A stretch of 64,000 nucleotides of DNA from a candidate division FCPU426 bacterium (GTDB lineage: Bacteria > Oederibacteriota > Muellerivitia > Muellerivitales > Muellerivitaceae): positions 64,001 through 128,000 of the forward strand of contig CAVTWJ010000014.1 in assembly GCA_963738405.1 (NCBI GenBank), given 5' to 3'. Under the pieces are notes generated by a model. The model had not been told where the DNA came from and made no database searches. It was given only the letters and a program-made list of their open reading frames with translations. Positions 50,446 through 60,639 of this stretch are shown piece by piece. The position numbers were made by a program, and so were the translations under genes. The stretch's first letter is position 1, and every line of letters starts with the position of its first letter.

Positions 50446-50482
50446 ACAAAAAAGCCCGGGATTTCGTCCCAGGCTTTTTTGT
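50446..50482. terminator. Bidirectional terminator
   Basis: acaaaaaagcc / ggcttttttgt between convergent genes. Confidence 0.8.
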
Positions 50483-50509
50483 TAAATTGAGAAGATTAAG
50501 CGGTTAAGG

Positions 50510-53500
50510 TTAGAACCCTATGTTCACTCCCGCCGAGAAGTTCTGCTCGGTGTAGTTGGTCATCCCCAGCTTGCCCTGGAACTGGGCGTAAGCGCCCAAG
50601 CCCTTCTCGAAATGGGCGTTCAAGCCCGCCGCCAAGACCGCCGCGTCGGTACCCGTGGCCGCGCCGTTCACGGTAAAGTTTCCGCCGGTCCCGAAGCTTG
50701 CGCTGATGGCTTCCACGTTACCCTGGAAGAGATGCTCCCAACCCGCGCTAACGCTGGGCAGGAGAACCGCTCCTCCACCCAATTGGAAACTGGTGTTGGC
50801 CGCCACACCCAAATCGCTGTTGAAGGAACCCTGGCTTTGGGACGCATAGTCCAAGGGAGCCAAAGAACCCGTTTCGTTGAAGGCGTTGATATTCACGCTG
50901 GTGTATTGTCCCGTCAGGTAAGGACCCACCTTGATCTGGTCCATCTTGAAGTCGTAGCCCAGGTTCAACTCGCCCGACAACATCACACCCTGGGTGCTTC
51001 CCGAGGCCGTGCCGCCCAAGCTGGTGCGCTGGGTGGTGTAGTTGGTGAGTCCCCCTTCGGCCAAGGCGTTCGCGTGGAATGAATCTTGTTTCCATCCGCC
51101 GTAGAAGCCCAACTGCCCGCCCGTGCCGTTGACGGCCGCGTTCGAGTGGCTGGACCCGGACTGGCTGTAGCCCAACAGCAAGCCGCCCGCCAAGTCTTTC
51201 GAGAAGCGGTAGTCCATCCCCGCCAACACGCCGCCGGTGGAAAACTGGTAGCCGGGGCCGTTGCCGTCGGAATTGACGGTTCCAAAATCACCCAAGCCTT
51301 CCGCGAAGGCGCCCCAGCGGTTCGGCTCAAGATCATTCGACATCTTGGCTTCGTCCGAAGCGGGCAGGTTGCCCGCGAAGCGGGGCCCTTCCCCGTTCCA
51401 AGCCACATCGCCGGAATTGAACTCGCCAAACAAGCCGCCCAACCTCTGGCTGATGATCCCCGCCTCGGCCTGCGCCGTGCTGAAATCCATCAGGTAAAGG
51501 GGCGTCAAATTGGCCGGCGAAAGCAGGTCGTAAAGACCCGCCATAGAGGCCGGATCCTGCCCCGTGAGGGCCAAGGACAAGCCCGGGTTGCCCGCGTTCG
51601 GGCCCAACCCGTCCAGTACCGCCGCCACCGCCTGTTCGTTCGGGGAGACGGCAAACTGGGTGAAGGAAAGGGTCGTCACATCCACTTCGTTCGGCGAATA
51701 GATCACCGAGAGAGGTTGGAAGAAGGTGTCCGCGACAGACCCAAACTTTCCGCTCACCGTGTCCGCCGAATAAATGATCTCGAAGGTGGAACCCGCCGGT
51801 TCCTTCACTCCGTCGTAGGAATAGAGCTTCAAGTTTCCGCCCAAGGAGGTTGTGCCCGAAACGCTCAGCGCGTCCCATTGGACGGCCGTGGTGGCCATGC
51901 CCAATTGCAGGGTCCCGGCGGAACCTTGCGCGTAATTTCCGCCGATATAAAGCGTCAGGGGCCCGCTTAAGGCCAGGGTCCCGCCGTTCACGGTCACGCC
52001 GTCTTCACCTAACGCGTAGGCGTTGGCCGCGACCAGGGTGCCCGCGTTGATGTCCGTGCCTCCCGAGTAGTAGCTTTCCCCCGCGAGAGTCAAGGCGCCG
52101 GAGCCTATTTTATCCAGCACAGTGTTCCCCTCGATGTATCCGGACAGATTCCCGTTGGAAACCAAAAGGGTGGTGGCCGAGGATCCTGAAATGTTCAGGT
52201 ATCCGGCCCCGGTCAGCGTTCCAATGGTCACTTGGGCGCTGCCCTCCGTATTTCCCTCGCCGCCGGCCGCGTAAAATTCTGAACCGGAATCGATCAGGTT
52301 CAGGGTGCCGATGGAAACCGAGGCGTTCCCGCCGTTGCCGGACAGGTTGCCGTCTCCCCCGCTTCCGCCGTAAACCTCGATATAGGATTCGTCGTTCAAG
52401 CTGGCGGAGGCCAGGGTCAGGGTGGCGTTCCCGCCGTTGCCCCCGTTGCCTTCCACATTGCCCGTCCCGGCCGTTCCATTCGCGGAATAGGACAAGGTGG
52501 CTCCATCATCCTGTCCGGTGCCTAAATCTCCCGCGCCGCCGCCGCTTCCACCGTTGCCGCCTCCCACATATAGGTAGGATGCGTCCATGGTGACCGCGCC
52601 TAAGGCCGCAGAGACGTTTCCGCCGTTGCCGCCAAAGCCTCCGGTGTTGTTGTTGCCGCCGTTGCCGCCCAAGCCCGTGACGGACCCGGAATCATAGGGC
52701 GGGTTGCCATTTTCGCTTTCGCCGTGGCCGGTCCCACCGTTTCCGGCGTTGCCGCCTGGTCCGCCCGATCCGCCGTAAAGTTCAAGATACGAATCGCTCA
52801 AGAGGGTGACCGAATTGGCCGCGAAGGCCGCGTTGCCCCCGTCGCCGCCTGAACCTCCGGTGTTGTTGTTGCCGCCGTTGCCGCCTTGGGCGGTCACGGT
52901 GGTGACGCCATAACCGGAATAGGCCGTACCGCCCATTCCAGCGTCCCCGCCATATCCGCCCGATCCGCCGGTCCATTCGGCCGTGGAGGAATTATCCAGA
53001 GAAAGGATTCCTACCGCGGAGGTCACGGAGCCGCCCAGGCCTCCGTTCCCGCCCAGGTTGTTGTCCCCGCCGTTTCCGGCGGTGTAGCTTCCATCGGTGG
53101 AGAAATATCCGCCATAGGCGACTCCCCCATTGCCGACGTAACTGCCGCTTCCGCCGCTTTCTCCGTATATCTCCGAATAGCCGTCATTGCTGAGGTGGAG
53201 CGAATTGATGGTCGCGCCCGCGCTCCCCCCCAACCCGCCGTTATCACCCGTGACGGCGCTGGAACCGTTGTTGCCCGTCAGGGTCACGTTGGAGGAGGAA
53301 TCATTGCCATACATTTCGTTCCCATCTCCCAAATCCGGTCCTCTCCCACCGCTCGCGCCGTAAACGTATAGATCGCCGCTGTTGGTCAGGGTGATGCCGC
53401 CCGCCGTCAAATAGGCGTTCCCCCCCTTGCCGCCCAGAAGCCCGTATCCGCCCGAACCCCCGTACACCTCTAGTTCGGCTGAACCATTCACATTGCCCGA

Positions 53501-56500
53501 AGTAAGCGTTAAGGAAGCGTCTCCGCCGTTGCCCCCGTTGCCGAACACATTGCCTGTCCCATCGGCGCCGTTGGCGCTGAAGGAATTGGTGGTGCCGTCG
53601 CCCAATGCGCCTTGGCCCCCGGTTCCCGCCGAACCGCCCGATCCGCCCGATCCGCCTTCCACTTCAAGGTAGGAAGAAGAATCCAGGGTGACCGCGCCGA
53701 GCGCCACAGTGGCGTTTCCGCCTTGGCCTCCCGCGCCTCCGGTGTTGTCGTTGCCCCCGTTGCCGCCGATGGCCGTGACGGAGTCGGAGCCGTAAATGGA
53801 AGCGGGAGTGGAAGAATCGGCGTAGGCATCTCCCCCCGTTCCCGCGTCGCCGCCCGAACCGCCCTCTCCGCCCTCAAAATAAAGATAAGAGCTGTTCTGC
53901 ATCGTGACGGAATTGCCCAAGAAGGAAAGGTTGCCCCCCGCACCGCCCGCGCCTCCGATGTTGTTGTTGCCGCCGTTGCCGCCCAAATCGGTCGCTTGGG
54001 TCGCGGGATAACTGGAATATTCCTCTCCCCCGCCATTGCCGGCCCATGCTCCGGATCCGCCCTCACTGCCCTCGAAATACGCAGAGGAGCTGTGGTCAAG
54101 GGTCAAGGTCATGGCCTGCGCGGTAACGCTTCCTCCCATGCCTCCCGCCCCGGCGGTGTTATCGTTTCCGCCGTTCCCGCCGGTATTGACGACCGATTGG
54201 TCGTTGTTGCTGCTGTTGGCCGCGCCGCCTTTGCCCGCGTCCCCGCCGTCATAACCATCCCCGCCCTCGGCGTAAAAATCGGAGTCGCCATCCAGTGAAA
54301 TGCTTCCCAAGGAAGCTTGCAGACTGCCTCCCAGGCCCCCGGCGCCCCCGATATTGCCGTTGCCTCCCATTCCACCGTTCAGGGAGAGGGAAGTGTTGTA
54401 ACTGTCATCCTCCGCACTGCCGCCGATTCCAGCGGAGCCCCCGTATCCGCCGCTTCCGCCGTAGAGGTAGGTATAAGAACTGACCGATTGGGAGGAACCG
54501 ATGGTCACCACCGCGTTTCCGCCCTGGCCCCCGGCTCCGCCCGCGTTGCTGTCCCCGCCGCTGCCGGCGTTGTAGGCTTCTTGGGTGACGCCTTCGCTTC
54601 CAAATACATTTCCTCCGTCGCCCGCGCTCCCGCCGCTCCCCCCGCTTTCGCCATAAACATAAAGATAGGAATCATTGGCCACGGTGACGGCGCCCGCCGA
54701 GAAAAGGGCCTGCCCGCCGTTGCCGCCGAGGTTTCCAGTCACGCTCCCTGAGCCGTCTCCGGCGGTGTAGGTCACGCCCGATTCGAACGAGCCGGGGAAG
54801 CTGGTCGATCCATAGCCGCGGGAACCGGCCGATGCGCCGTATCCGCCGTAAACTTCCAATTGGGAATAATTCAGGTTGGCGCTATTGGTGTAGAGGGTGG
54901 CGTTGCCCCCCTGTCCGCCGATGCCCAAGCCGTAATCGCTGGCCCCTTCCCCCGCGTAAATTTCGAGGGTGGTATAGGTGCCGATGTCATTATTGTAATA
55001 ATTGTCGGAGGTCAGGCTGATGGTATCCAGGGAAGCCCAGGCGTTTCCGCCCGAAGTCTCGGTAACGCCCGCGGCCCCGTCGCCGCTATTGCCGCCGCCG
55101 CCCACGACATAGAGATCGCCCGAATCCACCGAAACCGCACCCGCCACCGACAGGGTGGCCGCGCCGCCGGTGCCGCTGATGCCGGTATCATTGCCGTCGT
55201 AGTATCCCGCCTCGCCGCCCGCAATCGTGACGCCCCCGGTGTGGTAGGTGGAAGTGAGGGTCAAACCCGATCCCAAAACCGCGGTGGCGTTGCCGCCGTT
55301 GCCGCCGTTGGCGTCTTCCGAATAACCCCCGTACCCGCCCGTCACGTACATAGAGCTGGAATCCATCCCCACTCCCTGCGAGACAAAAAGCGAAGCGGTG
55401 CCGCCGTTGCCCCCGGTGCCGTAAGAATAATCGTAGTCGCCCGCTCCGCCCTGAACGTAGAAGGTGGAATTGGTGCTGTTGTCGTCATCCAGGTTGTAGG
55501 TATTGGAGGACATCTGAAGACTGCTCATGGTCACCCAGGCGTTTCCGCCCGAGCCCTCAGTGGCGCCCGCCTGCCCGTAACCGTAAGAACCCCCGCCGCC
55601 GTAAACCCCGATTCGGCTCGAATCCACCGACACCGCGCCGGAAACCAGGGTGGCCGAACCCCCGACGCCCGCCACGGTGTCGCTGTAATCATAAGCTCCG
55701 GAACCTCCCTGCAATTGGAAGGAACCGGTGGTGCCGTAATCGTTCAGGTTGTAATTATCCGAATTAATGGCCAGGTTGCCCGTGGAAGCGAAGGCGTTGC
55801 CGCCCGCCCCCTCCGTGGTACCGGTGACACCCTCGCCTGAATTGCCGCTGCCGCCTGTGACGGAGACGGCTGTGGAATCCATCCAGACCCCCGAGGCCAA
55901 AAGAGAGGCGTTGCCGCCGCTTCCGCCCACTCCGTTTCCATCATCGTCGTCGGCAAGGCCGCCCTCGCCGCCCGCGATATTGACATTGGAATAGTCGTTG
56001 TAATATCCCGTGAGCGTGAGGCTCCCGCCGATGGACATCATGGCGCTGCCGCCGTTGCCGCCGTTGGCCGAATCCGAATAGCCCCCGACGCCGCCCGTCA
56101 CCGATACGGTGCTGGAATCGACATTGATATTGCCCGAGGAAATAAAGTCCGCGTTGCCGCCGTTGCCGCCGTTGCCGTAGCCGTAGTTATCGCCGACGGA
56201 AGAATCCTCATCGGGTGTATCGGCCCCGCCCGCGCCGCCCAGCACGCTGAAGGACCCGGTGGCGCCGGTGAAATGGACGTTATAGTCGTTGGAAGACAGG
56301 GTCAGGCCGCCCACGGAAACCCAGGCCGTCCCGCCCGTACCTTCCGTCACGCTTGAATCGGTGCCGAAGCCATTTCCCCCATTGCCTCCTGCCACGGTCA
56401 CACTGCCCGAATCGACCCATGCCGTTCCCGATGTCAGGGTCGCGGCTCCGCCGTTTCCGCCCACGCCGGGTTCCACGTCAAAACCCGCGTTGCCCCCGTT

Positions 56501-59203
56501 GCCGCCCAAAACGTTGATGGAAGCGCCGAAATGATCCGCCGTGAGGGTCAGGCTCCCGCTGGTATTCAAGGCAGCGCTGCCGCCGTTGCCGCCGTCGGCG
56601 CTGTCCGAGTAGCCGCCCTTGCCCGCCGACAGGTTGAGCGAGGAAGAATCCACCGACACCGAGCCGGAGGAAATAAAGTCCGCGTCCCCGCCCCTGCCGC
56701 CGTTGGCGTAGCCGTCTTCATAGTTAAAAGGATCATCGGCTCCGCCGTTCCCGCCGGTGATGTTGAAAGACCCGGACGTGCCGATGGTCCAACCCGAAAC
56801 GGTATAGCCGATTGAGGAAAGCTTGAGGCCCCCCACCGAAACCCAGGCCGTTCCGCCATAACCCTCGGTCGTGCCGCCGGACCCGAAGCCGAAAGTGGCG
56901 TTGCCGCCGTTGACATTGATGAAGCTTGAATCGGCCGCCACCGCCCCGGCCGTAAAGGTCGCGGCTCCGCCGTTTCCGCCCACGCCGTTGGCGTCGTCAT
57001 CGCCGGCGATGCCGCCCGTGCCGCCATTGACGCTGATTTGTCCTAAGCCGCTGTAGGAAGTGAGGTTGAGATTTCCGCCCAGTGACAGATTGGCCGCTCC
57101 GCCGTTGCCGCCGTTGGCCGAATCCGAATAGCCGCCGTTGCCGGCGGAAAGGATGATCAAGCTGGAATCGTCGGTGACCGCGCCGGAAGTGGAAAGAACC
57201 GCGTTTCCGCCGTCGCCGCCGTTGCTATAAGCCGTCACGCCGTCGCCGTTGGGGTTGTCGTCCGCGCCCACCCCGCCCATCACGTTGATGCTGGCTTGGA
57301 CGCCGGTTACGGAAGAACTGCCGTAATAGGTATTGGAAGTCAGGGTCACGCTGCCCATGGTCACGAAAGCCGTTCCGCCGGCGCCTTCGGTAAATGTGCT
57401 TCCAGCACCGGATACGGCCGCCCCGCCCGCCACGCTCACCGAGCTGGAGTCGATCCAAGTGGACCCCACCACGGTCAAGGAGGCGTTGCCGCCCGACCCG
57501 CTGGAACTTTGGTCGCTGTAGTTGCTTCCCGAATTACCGCCGATGACATCCAAAGTAGAGCCTGTGCGGGTGGCCGTTAAAACCAAGCCCGAACCGGCTG
57601 AAAAGGCGGCCGAACCGCCGTCGCCGCCGTTGCCCAGGGGAGTCAGCCCCCCTCTGGTTTGGTTGCCCCAGCCCCCGCCCACGGAGACGTTGCTGGAATC
57701 GATGACCGCGTTGTTTTGAACCATCAGGTCGGCCGAACCGCCGTTGCCGCCGAATGAATAGCCCGCGTCGTAGCTGGCCCTGCCGCCCGCCACGATAAAA
57801 TTGGAAGTTCCCCCGAAAAGCGAATTGGAAGTGACCGTCAAGCTTCCCGCGTTAACCGAAGCGTCGCCGCCCGCGCCAGCGGTCACGCCCTGTGGACCCC
57901 ATCCGATAACGCCCGCATCCCCCCCCATGACCGTGACATTGCTGGAATCAACGGACAGCCCGCCGCCCACTGTCAAAGAGGCCGAGCCGCCCGACCCGCC
58001 CGCGCCCTGGCCCGTGCAGCAAATATCACCCTCGGCCCCGGTGCCGCCGATGACGTTGAAATGGGATGAATTGCTGGAGGCCGAGATATTCAAGTTGGAG
58101 CCCACCGAAACCGAGGCGTCACCGCCGTTGCCGCCGTTTAAATAGTTGGCGCTGCCACCATCGCCTCCGATGACGTTGACGGTGCTGGAATCCACCAATG
58201 CGCCGCTAGCGAGGGAAAGAATCGCCGCGCCGCCGTTGCCGCCGTTGCCGTTGTAGCCGGCATTGTGGCCGCCCACGCCGCCGTACAAGCTTAAATTGCC
58301 GCCCTCGGTGACCGACAAACTGCCAGCGGTGAAAGAAGCCTGCCCGCCATCGCCGCCGCTGCCCGAATTGGAGGACAGAGCCGTTCCGCCGTTGCCGCCC
58401 GTAAGCGTAAAGATGCCGTTGTCGTTGGTGACCGCGCCCGCGGAATTAAAAACCGCGTCGCCGCCTTGGCCGCCGCTGCCGTCGGGACCCGTGGCGTTGC
58501 CGCCTTGGCCGCCGGTGAGGTTATTGGTGGAGCTGAGGATGTCCAAGGAACCCACGGTGGTCCCGGCCGAACCGCCGGCGCCGCCGTCGCCCAAAGCGTT
58601 ATCGGCTCCGGCGCCGCCCGTGATGTTCACCGTGCTCGGGTCGACCGACATGGCACCGGTGACATTGAGTCCCGCGCTTCCGCCCGCGCCGCCGTTTCCT
58701 GTTCCCGCCGCGCCGTTCACCGTAAGGTTTGAATTGGTTTCCGTCAGAGTGCTGGAGGTGAGGGTGCCGTTAAGGATCTGCACGCCGGAAATATCGACTG
58801 CGGGCCCGTTCGAGTTGAAAACCTGGTAGGTGTTCCCGCCGTCGATGACGACGTTGGAGCCGCCGTTTGAAAAAGTCACGGGTTCCGTTAAGGTGGGAAG
58901 GTTGGCGTTCAAGGTAATGGTCTCGCCGGCGATGGAGGAAAGGTCGATCACACCGCCATAGGGGGAGTTGGCGTTGATGCTGTTGATCGCGGCGGCCAAG
59001 GTGGCAGTGCTGTTATCGCCGACCGTGATGGTGATGGGAGCGCCCCCCACAACATGGGCCATCGCCTTGGAAGGGCAAATGGACGCAATCAGGCCCAGAG
59101 CCAAAAGAAGAGCGGGAAAAAACTTAAGGGTACGCTGTATATAAGAAGAACGCTTCACCTCCCCGTTGGATTTTCTGCTCCGGGTTTGAGATGAAAAAGT
59201 CAT
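50510..59203 (-). CDS. Giant Gly-rich (PGRS-like) type Va autotransporter/adhesin
   Basis: Long signal peptide, dozens of GGxGG motifs, PATR motif LDKIGSGALTL...YSGGTDINAGTL, C-terminal barrel ending VNIGF. Confidence 0.93.
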   Translation of the reverse strand: MTFSSQTRSRKSNGEVKRSSYIQRTLKFFPALLLALGLIASICPSKAMAHVVGGAPITITVGDNSTATLAAAINSINANSPYGGVIDLSSIAGETITLNANLPTLTEPVTFSNGGSNVVIDGGNTYQVFNSNGPAVDISGVQILNGTLTSSTLTETNSNLTVNGAAGTGNGGAGGSAGLNVTGAMSVDPSTVNITGGAGADNALGDGGAGGSAGTTVGSLDILSSTNNLTGGQGGNATGPDGSGGQGGDAVFNSAGAVTNDNGIFTLTGGNGGTALSSNSGSGGDGGQASFTAGSLSVTEGGNLSLYGGVGGHNAGYNGNGGNGGAAILSLASGALVDSSTVNVIGGDGGSANYLNGGNGGDASVSVGSNLNISASSNSSHFNVIGGTGAEGDICCTGQGAGGSGGSASLTVGGGLSVDSSNVTVMGGDAGVIGWGPQGVTAGAGGDASVNAGSLTVTSNSLFGGTSNFIVAGGRASYDAGYSFGGNGGSADLMVQNNAVIDSSNVSVGGGWGNQTRGGLTPLGNGGDGGSAAFSAGSGLVLTATRTGSTLDVIGGNSGSNYSDQSSSGSGGNASLTVVGSTWIDSSSVSVAGGAAVSGAGSTFTEGAGGTAFVTMGSVTLTSNTYYGSSSVTGVQASINVMGGVGADDNPNGDGVTAYSNGGDGGNAVLSTSGAVTDDSSLIILSAGNGGYSDSANGGNGGAANLSLGGNLNLTSYSGLGQISVNGGTGGIAGDDDANGVGGNGGAATFTAGAVAADSSFINVNGGNATFGFGSGGTTEGYGGTAWVSVGGLKLSSIGYTVSGWTIGTSGSFNITGGNGGADDPFNYEDGYANGGRGGDADFISSGSVSVDSSSLNLSAGKGGYSDSADGGNGGSAALNTSGSLTLTADHFGASINVLGGNGGNAGFDVEPGVGGNGGAATLTSGTAWVDSGSVTVAGGNGGNGFGTDSSVTEGTGGTAWVSVGGLTLSSNDYNVHFTGATGSFSVLGGAGGADTPDEDSSVGDNYGYGNGGNGGNADFISSGNINVDSSTVSVTGGVGGYSDSANGGNGGSAMMSIGGSLTLTGYYNDYSNVNIAGGEGGLADDDDGNGVGGSGGNASLLASGVWMDSTAVSVTGGSGNSGEGVTGTTEGAGGNAFASTGNLAINSDNYNLNDYGTTGSFQLQGGSGAYDYSDTVAGVGGSATLVSGAVSVDSSRIGVYGGGGSYGYGQAGATEGSGGNAWVTMSSLQMSSNTYNLDDDNSTNSTFYVQGGAGDYDYSYGTGGNGGTASLFVSQGVGMDSSSMYVTGGYGGYSEDANGGNGGNATAVLGSGLTLTSTYHTGGVTIAGGEAGYYDGNDTGISGTGGAATLSVAGAVSVDSGDLYVVGGGGNSGDGAAGVTETSGGNAWASLDTISLTSDNYYNNDIGTYTTLEIYAGEGASDYGLGIGGQGGNATLYTNSANLNYSQLEVYGGYGASAGSRGYGSTSFPGSFESGVTYTAGDGSGSVTGNLGGNGGQALFSAGAVTVANDSYLYVYGESGGSGGSAGDGGNVFGSEGVTQEAYNAGSGGDSNAGGAGGQGGNAVVTIGSSQSVSSYTYLYGGSGGYGGSAGIGGSAEDDSYNTSLSLNGGMGGNGNIGGAGGLGGSLQASLGSISLDGDSDFYAEGGDGYDGGDAGKGGAANSSNNDQSVVNTGGNGGNDNTAGAGGMGGSVTAQAMTLTLDHSSSAYFEGSEGGSGAWAGNGGGEEYSSYPATQATDLGGNGGNNNIGGAGGAGGNLSFLGNSVTMQNSSYLYFEGGEGGSGGDAGTGGDAYADSSTPASIYGSDSVTAIGGNGGNDNTGGAGGQGGNATVALGAVTLDSSSYLEVEGGSGGSGGSAGTGGQGALGDGTTNSFSANGADGTGNVFGNGGNGGDASLTLTSGNVNGSAELEVYGGSGGYGLLGGKGGNAYLTAGGITLTNSGDLYVYGASGGRGPDLGDGNEMYGNDSSSNVTLTGNNGSSAVTGDNGGLGGSAGATINSLHLSNDGYSEIYGESGGSGSYVGNGGVAYGGYFSTDGSYTAGNGGDNNLGGNGGLGGSVTSAVGILSLDNSSTAEWTGGSGGYGGDAGMGGTAYSGYGVTTVTAQGGNGGNNNTGGSGGDGGNAAFAANSVTLLSDSYLELYGGSGGPGGNAGNGGTGHGESENGNPPYDSGSVTGLGGNGGNNNTGGFGGNGGNVSAALGAVTMDASYLYVGGGNGGSGGGAGDLGTGQDDGATLSYSANGTAGTGNVEGNGGNGGNATLTLASASLNDESYIEVYGGSGGDGNLSGNGGNASVSIGTLNLIDSGSEFYAAGGEGNTEGSAQVTIGTLTGAGYLNISGSSATTLLVSNGNLSGYIEGNTVLDKIGSGALTLAGESYYSGGTDINAGTLVAANAYALGEDGVTVNGGTLALSGPLTLYIGGNYAQGSAGTLQLGMATTAVQWDALSVSGTTSLGGNLKLYSYDGVKEPAGSTFEIIYSADTVSGKFGSVADTFFQPLSVIYSPNEVDVTTLSFTQFAVSPNEQAVAAVLDGLGPNAGNPGLSLALTGQDPASMAGLYDLLSPANLTPLYLMDFSTAQAEAGIISQRLGGLFGEFNSGDVAWNGEGPRFAGNLPASDEAKMSNDLEPNRWGAFAEGLGDFGTVNSDGNGPGYQFSTGGVLAGMDYRFSKDLAGGLLLGYSQSGSSHSNAAVNGTGGQLGFYGGWKQDSFHANALAEGGLTNYTTQRTSLGGTASGSTQGVMLSGELNLGYDFKMDQIKVGPYLTGQYTSVNINAFNETGSLAPLDYASQSQGSFNSDLGVAANTSFQLGGGAVLLPSVSAGWEHLFQGNVEAISASFGTGGNFTVNGAATGTDAAVLAAGLNAHFEKGLGAYAQFQGKLGMTNYTEQNFSAGVNIGF

Positions 59204-59281
59204 TCTTCCTCCTAAGATGCGGTCACGGCTTGAAGGTGGACAAACGATTTAATGAATTGCGTGGTTTGGTAAAACATGAAA

Positions 59282-59318
59282 CCCAAGGTAAATGAGAAGG
59301 TTTCTCATTTACCTTGGG
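59282..59318. promoter_or_regulatory. Perfect 17-bp inverted repeat upstream of the autotransporter (Fur-like operator or terminator)
   Basis: cccaaggtaaatgagaa-ggt-ttctcatttaccttggg. Confidence 0.6.
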
Positions 59319-59415
59319 AGGATTAGATAGGGGATGACAATAAAAGGCAAGTTAATTGGAGGGAATATTTTTTGTCGAACGGGCCGCGCCCAACAAAGGG
59401 TTTTGGGGCCCTTTA

Positions 59416-60051
59416 TTACTCAAACCAAAGCCCGATAGCGACCGAACCGGTTAGGCCCGTGACGGTATGGATCACGACTACGCCCGGGTCGGAATCCAGG
59501 GGGGCGTAACGGTAGATGCAGTTGAGGTCGTAAAAGAACCCGCCCCCGCCATTGCCGAACGAGGCTCCCGTGCCCCGGATGCCCATGCCGCACCCGAAAG
59601 CGGGCTGAAGGGGAAAGGAGAGGACGTTCTTGGTGGTGATTTCCTGGCCGTAGCCGCCGATCACCAGGGGGAAATAGATGGCCCCCACCCGGGAACCGAT
59701 GTAGCGGTTGTTTCGGTAGTAGTCGGTTTCGAAATCCAAATCGGCGTCCACTTCCACTTCCCCGCCGGTCAAATAGCCTCCTGCGTCAAAGGCGTCGCCG
59801 AAGGTAAACCCGTTGCCGCTGACCCAGACGGCCAGGCCGTTAGTCATCCAGCCCAGGCTTCCGCCGTAGCTGAAGGAACCGCCCGCCGCGCCCGAGAGCC
59901 CGACGTTTCCCTTCATGCCTATATAGGAGAAGGGATGTTGAATGGCGGAAGTGTAAGCCACGGTGCCCGCGTTGGCGGAACGAAACGAGAATCCAAAAGC
60001 CATCAAGACCCAAGCGAGTACCAAAAACACTTTCTTCACATTGACGCGCAT
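59416..60051 (-). CDS. Small outer-membrane beta-barrel-like protein
   Basis: Signal peptide, Gly/aromatic strands, ends GLWFE; GGAGG RBS. Confidence 0.72.
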   Translation of the reverse strand: MRVNVKKVFLVLAWVLMAFGFSFRSANAGTVAYTSAIQHPFSYIGMKGNVGLSGAAGGSFSYGGSLGWMTNGLAVWVSGNGFTFGDAFDAGGYLTGGEVEVDADLDFETDYYRNNRYIGSRVGAIYFPLVIGGYGQEITTKNVLSFPLQPAFGCGMGIRGTGASFGNGGGGFFYDLNCIYRYAPLDSDPGVVVIHTVTGLTGSVAIGLWFE

Positions 60052-60174
60052 GAACTGCCTCCCCGATTTCACGAATAGATTTTAAATTCTTGGTTAAACG
60101 ACAATCATCACGCTATTTCTACCACTTCTGAATCATCTTGAATAGGAAAGATATGTAAATTGCGGATTGGGCCA

Positions 60175-60211
60175 AAAAAAAAGCCCCGTCGCTTAAAAAG
60201 CGGCGGGGCCC
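60175..60211 (-). terminator. Terminator after the small secreted protein gene
   Basis: gccccgtcgct / agcggcggggc stem plus T tract on the minus strand. Confidence 0.8.
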
Positions 60212-60228
60212 GTCAGCAGGGATTGATG

Positions 60229-60534
60229 TTACTTAATGATTTCTATCGTGTTTAACTTTCCGCCCGCGGACTGGTACATCAAATAAACGTTAGCGGGATT
60301 GGAAGCCAGGGCATCGATATCATTCACCGCTTTGCTCTCATTCTTGGAATCCTTCGGTGCCTGGGCTGGGGCTGAAGAACCTGTCAGGCCCAAACCGATC
60401 GGGTCGATGCCTAATCCTGAAAAAACGCCGATGGCCATGGCCGCCGCGCCGCCGGAGGGCGGTGTCCCTCCCGCATTCGCTTGGCCCGCCTGCATGGACA
60501 AACCCAGCGCCAATAAACAAAACAAGATTTTCAT
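60229..60534 (-). CDS. Small secreted hypothetical protein
   Basis: Signal peptide ending ANA; AGGAGG RBS. Confidence 0.7.
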   Translation of the reverse strand: MKILFCLLALGLSMQAGQANAGGTPPSGGAAAMAIGVFSGLGIDPIGLGLTGSSAPAQAPKDSKNESKAVNDIDALASNPANVYLMYQSAGGKLNTIEIIK

Positions 60535-60639
60535 CGGTTCAACCCTCCTGAAGTAAAATCCACCGGTGCATTATGTTGAGGGACCCGTTTACAATCAAGC
60601 AAATCCCTGGGCGGTCCGATTTAACCTGGAAAGCGGCCG

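Noticed and set aside
48323..58829. Many long antisense or alternate-frame ORFs
   Set aside because: Shadows of GC-rich repetitive coding sequence in the SBBP and autotransporter genes
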